64,000 bases of DNA. Origin: Camelus ferus (taxonomy: Eukaryota). Under the pieces are notes generated by a model. The model was given only the letters and a program-made list of their open reading frames with translations. It did not search any database and was not told the origin of the DNA. Location of the stretch: the NCBI RefSeq assembly GCF_009834535.1, contig NC_045698.1:9984001-10048000 (forward strand). Direction: 5' to 3'. Every line of letters starts with the position of its first letter. Within the stretch, counting starts at the first letter, position 1. Shown here one piece after another: positions 63,652 to 64,000 of this stretch. Made by a program: the position numbers and the translations under genes.

Positions 63652-64000
63652 GCATGTTAGGTTCCTAGGGCTGTCCAACCAAATAGCCACAGCTTGGGAG
63701 GCTCAAACAACAGAGGTTTATTCTTTCACATTTTTGGAGGCCAAAAGTCCTGAATCAAGGTGTCAGCAGGGCAGCACTCCCCCCAGCGTCTCTAGGGGAG
63801 AATCTTTCCTGCCTCTTCCAGCTTCTGGTGGCTCCAGGTGTTCCTTGACTTGTGGCTGCGTCCTTCCAGTCTCTGCCTCTGTCTTCACATCTCTTTCCTC
63901 CATCTGTTTCTATATCTCCCACCTTCTCCCTTCTCTTATATAGACATCAGTCATTGGATTTAGGGCTCATCCTAAATCTAGGATGATCTCATCTTGAGAT
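63652..64000 (-). mobile_element. MLT1B/C-like MaLR LTR, runs off the window
   Basis: ttaggttcctagggctg...aaacaacagaggtttattct...ttccagcttctggtggctcc...cagtcattggatttaggg. Confidence 0.82.

Noticed and set aside
1..64000. CRISPR arrays, operons or prokaryotic-type systems
   Set aside because: The sequence is mammalian; no regularly spaced repeat-spacer array or gene-dense region is present

Overview
Mammalian nuclear genomic DNA. It is most likely camelid (Camelus/Vicugna/Lama), inferred from seven copies of a short tRNA-derived SINE (GGGGAGGGTATAGCTCAGTGGTAGAG...GGTTCAATCCCCAGTACCTCC) and the style of the young L1 3' ends. No complete protein-coding gene can be supported, and nearly all listed ORFs look spurious or repeat-derived. 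The main functional landmark is a CpG-island promoter at ~39.25-39.73 kb (GC box, CCAAT, palindromic RFX X-box, NRF1 site). It probably drives a minus-strand gene that I cannot name. On that reading, 1-39.4 kb is intronic, with candidate internal regulatory nodes at ~11 kb and ~24.2 kb, and 39.8-64 kb is repeat-rich upstream sequence. The rest is L1, L2, MIR, MaLR/ERVL/ERV1 LTRs, hAT and pogo/Tc2 fossils and microsatellites. Best sequence-level observations: a tailless 33-nt U2 snRNA retrocopy with a 13-bp TSD inside an L1; a ~31-nt poly(A)-signal micro-retrocopy with an 18-bp TSD; an RFX X-box cluster beside a strong CTCF site; divergent CTCF motifs; two independent solo ERV1-type LTRs 1 kb apart; and a pogo-type transposase remnant. 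I found no evidence of a new biological system. Repeat family names come from recall of consensus sequences, not from a search, and boundaries are approximate unless a TSD is given.
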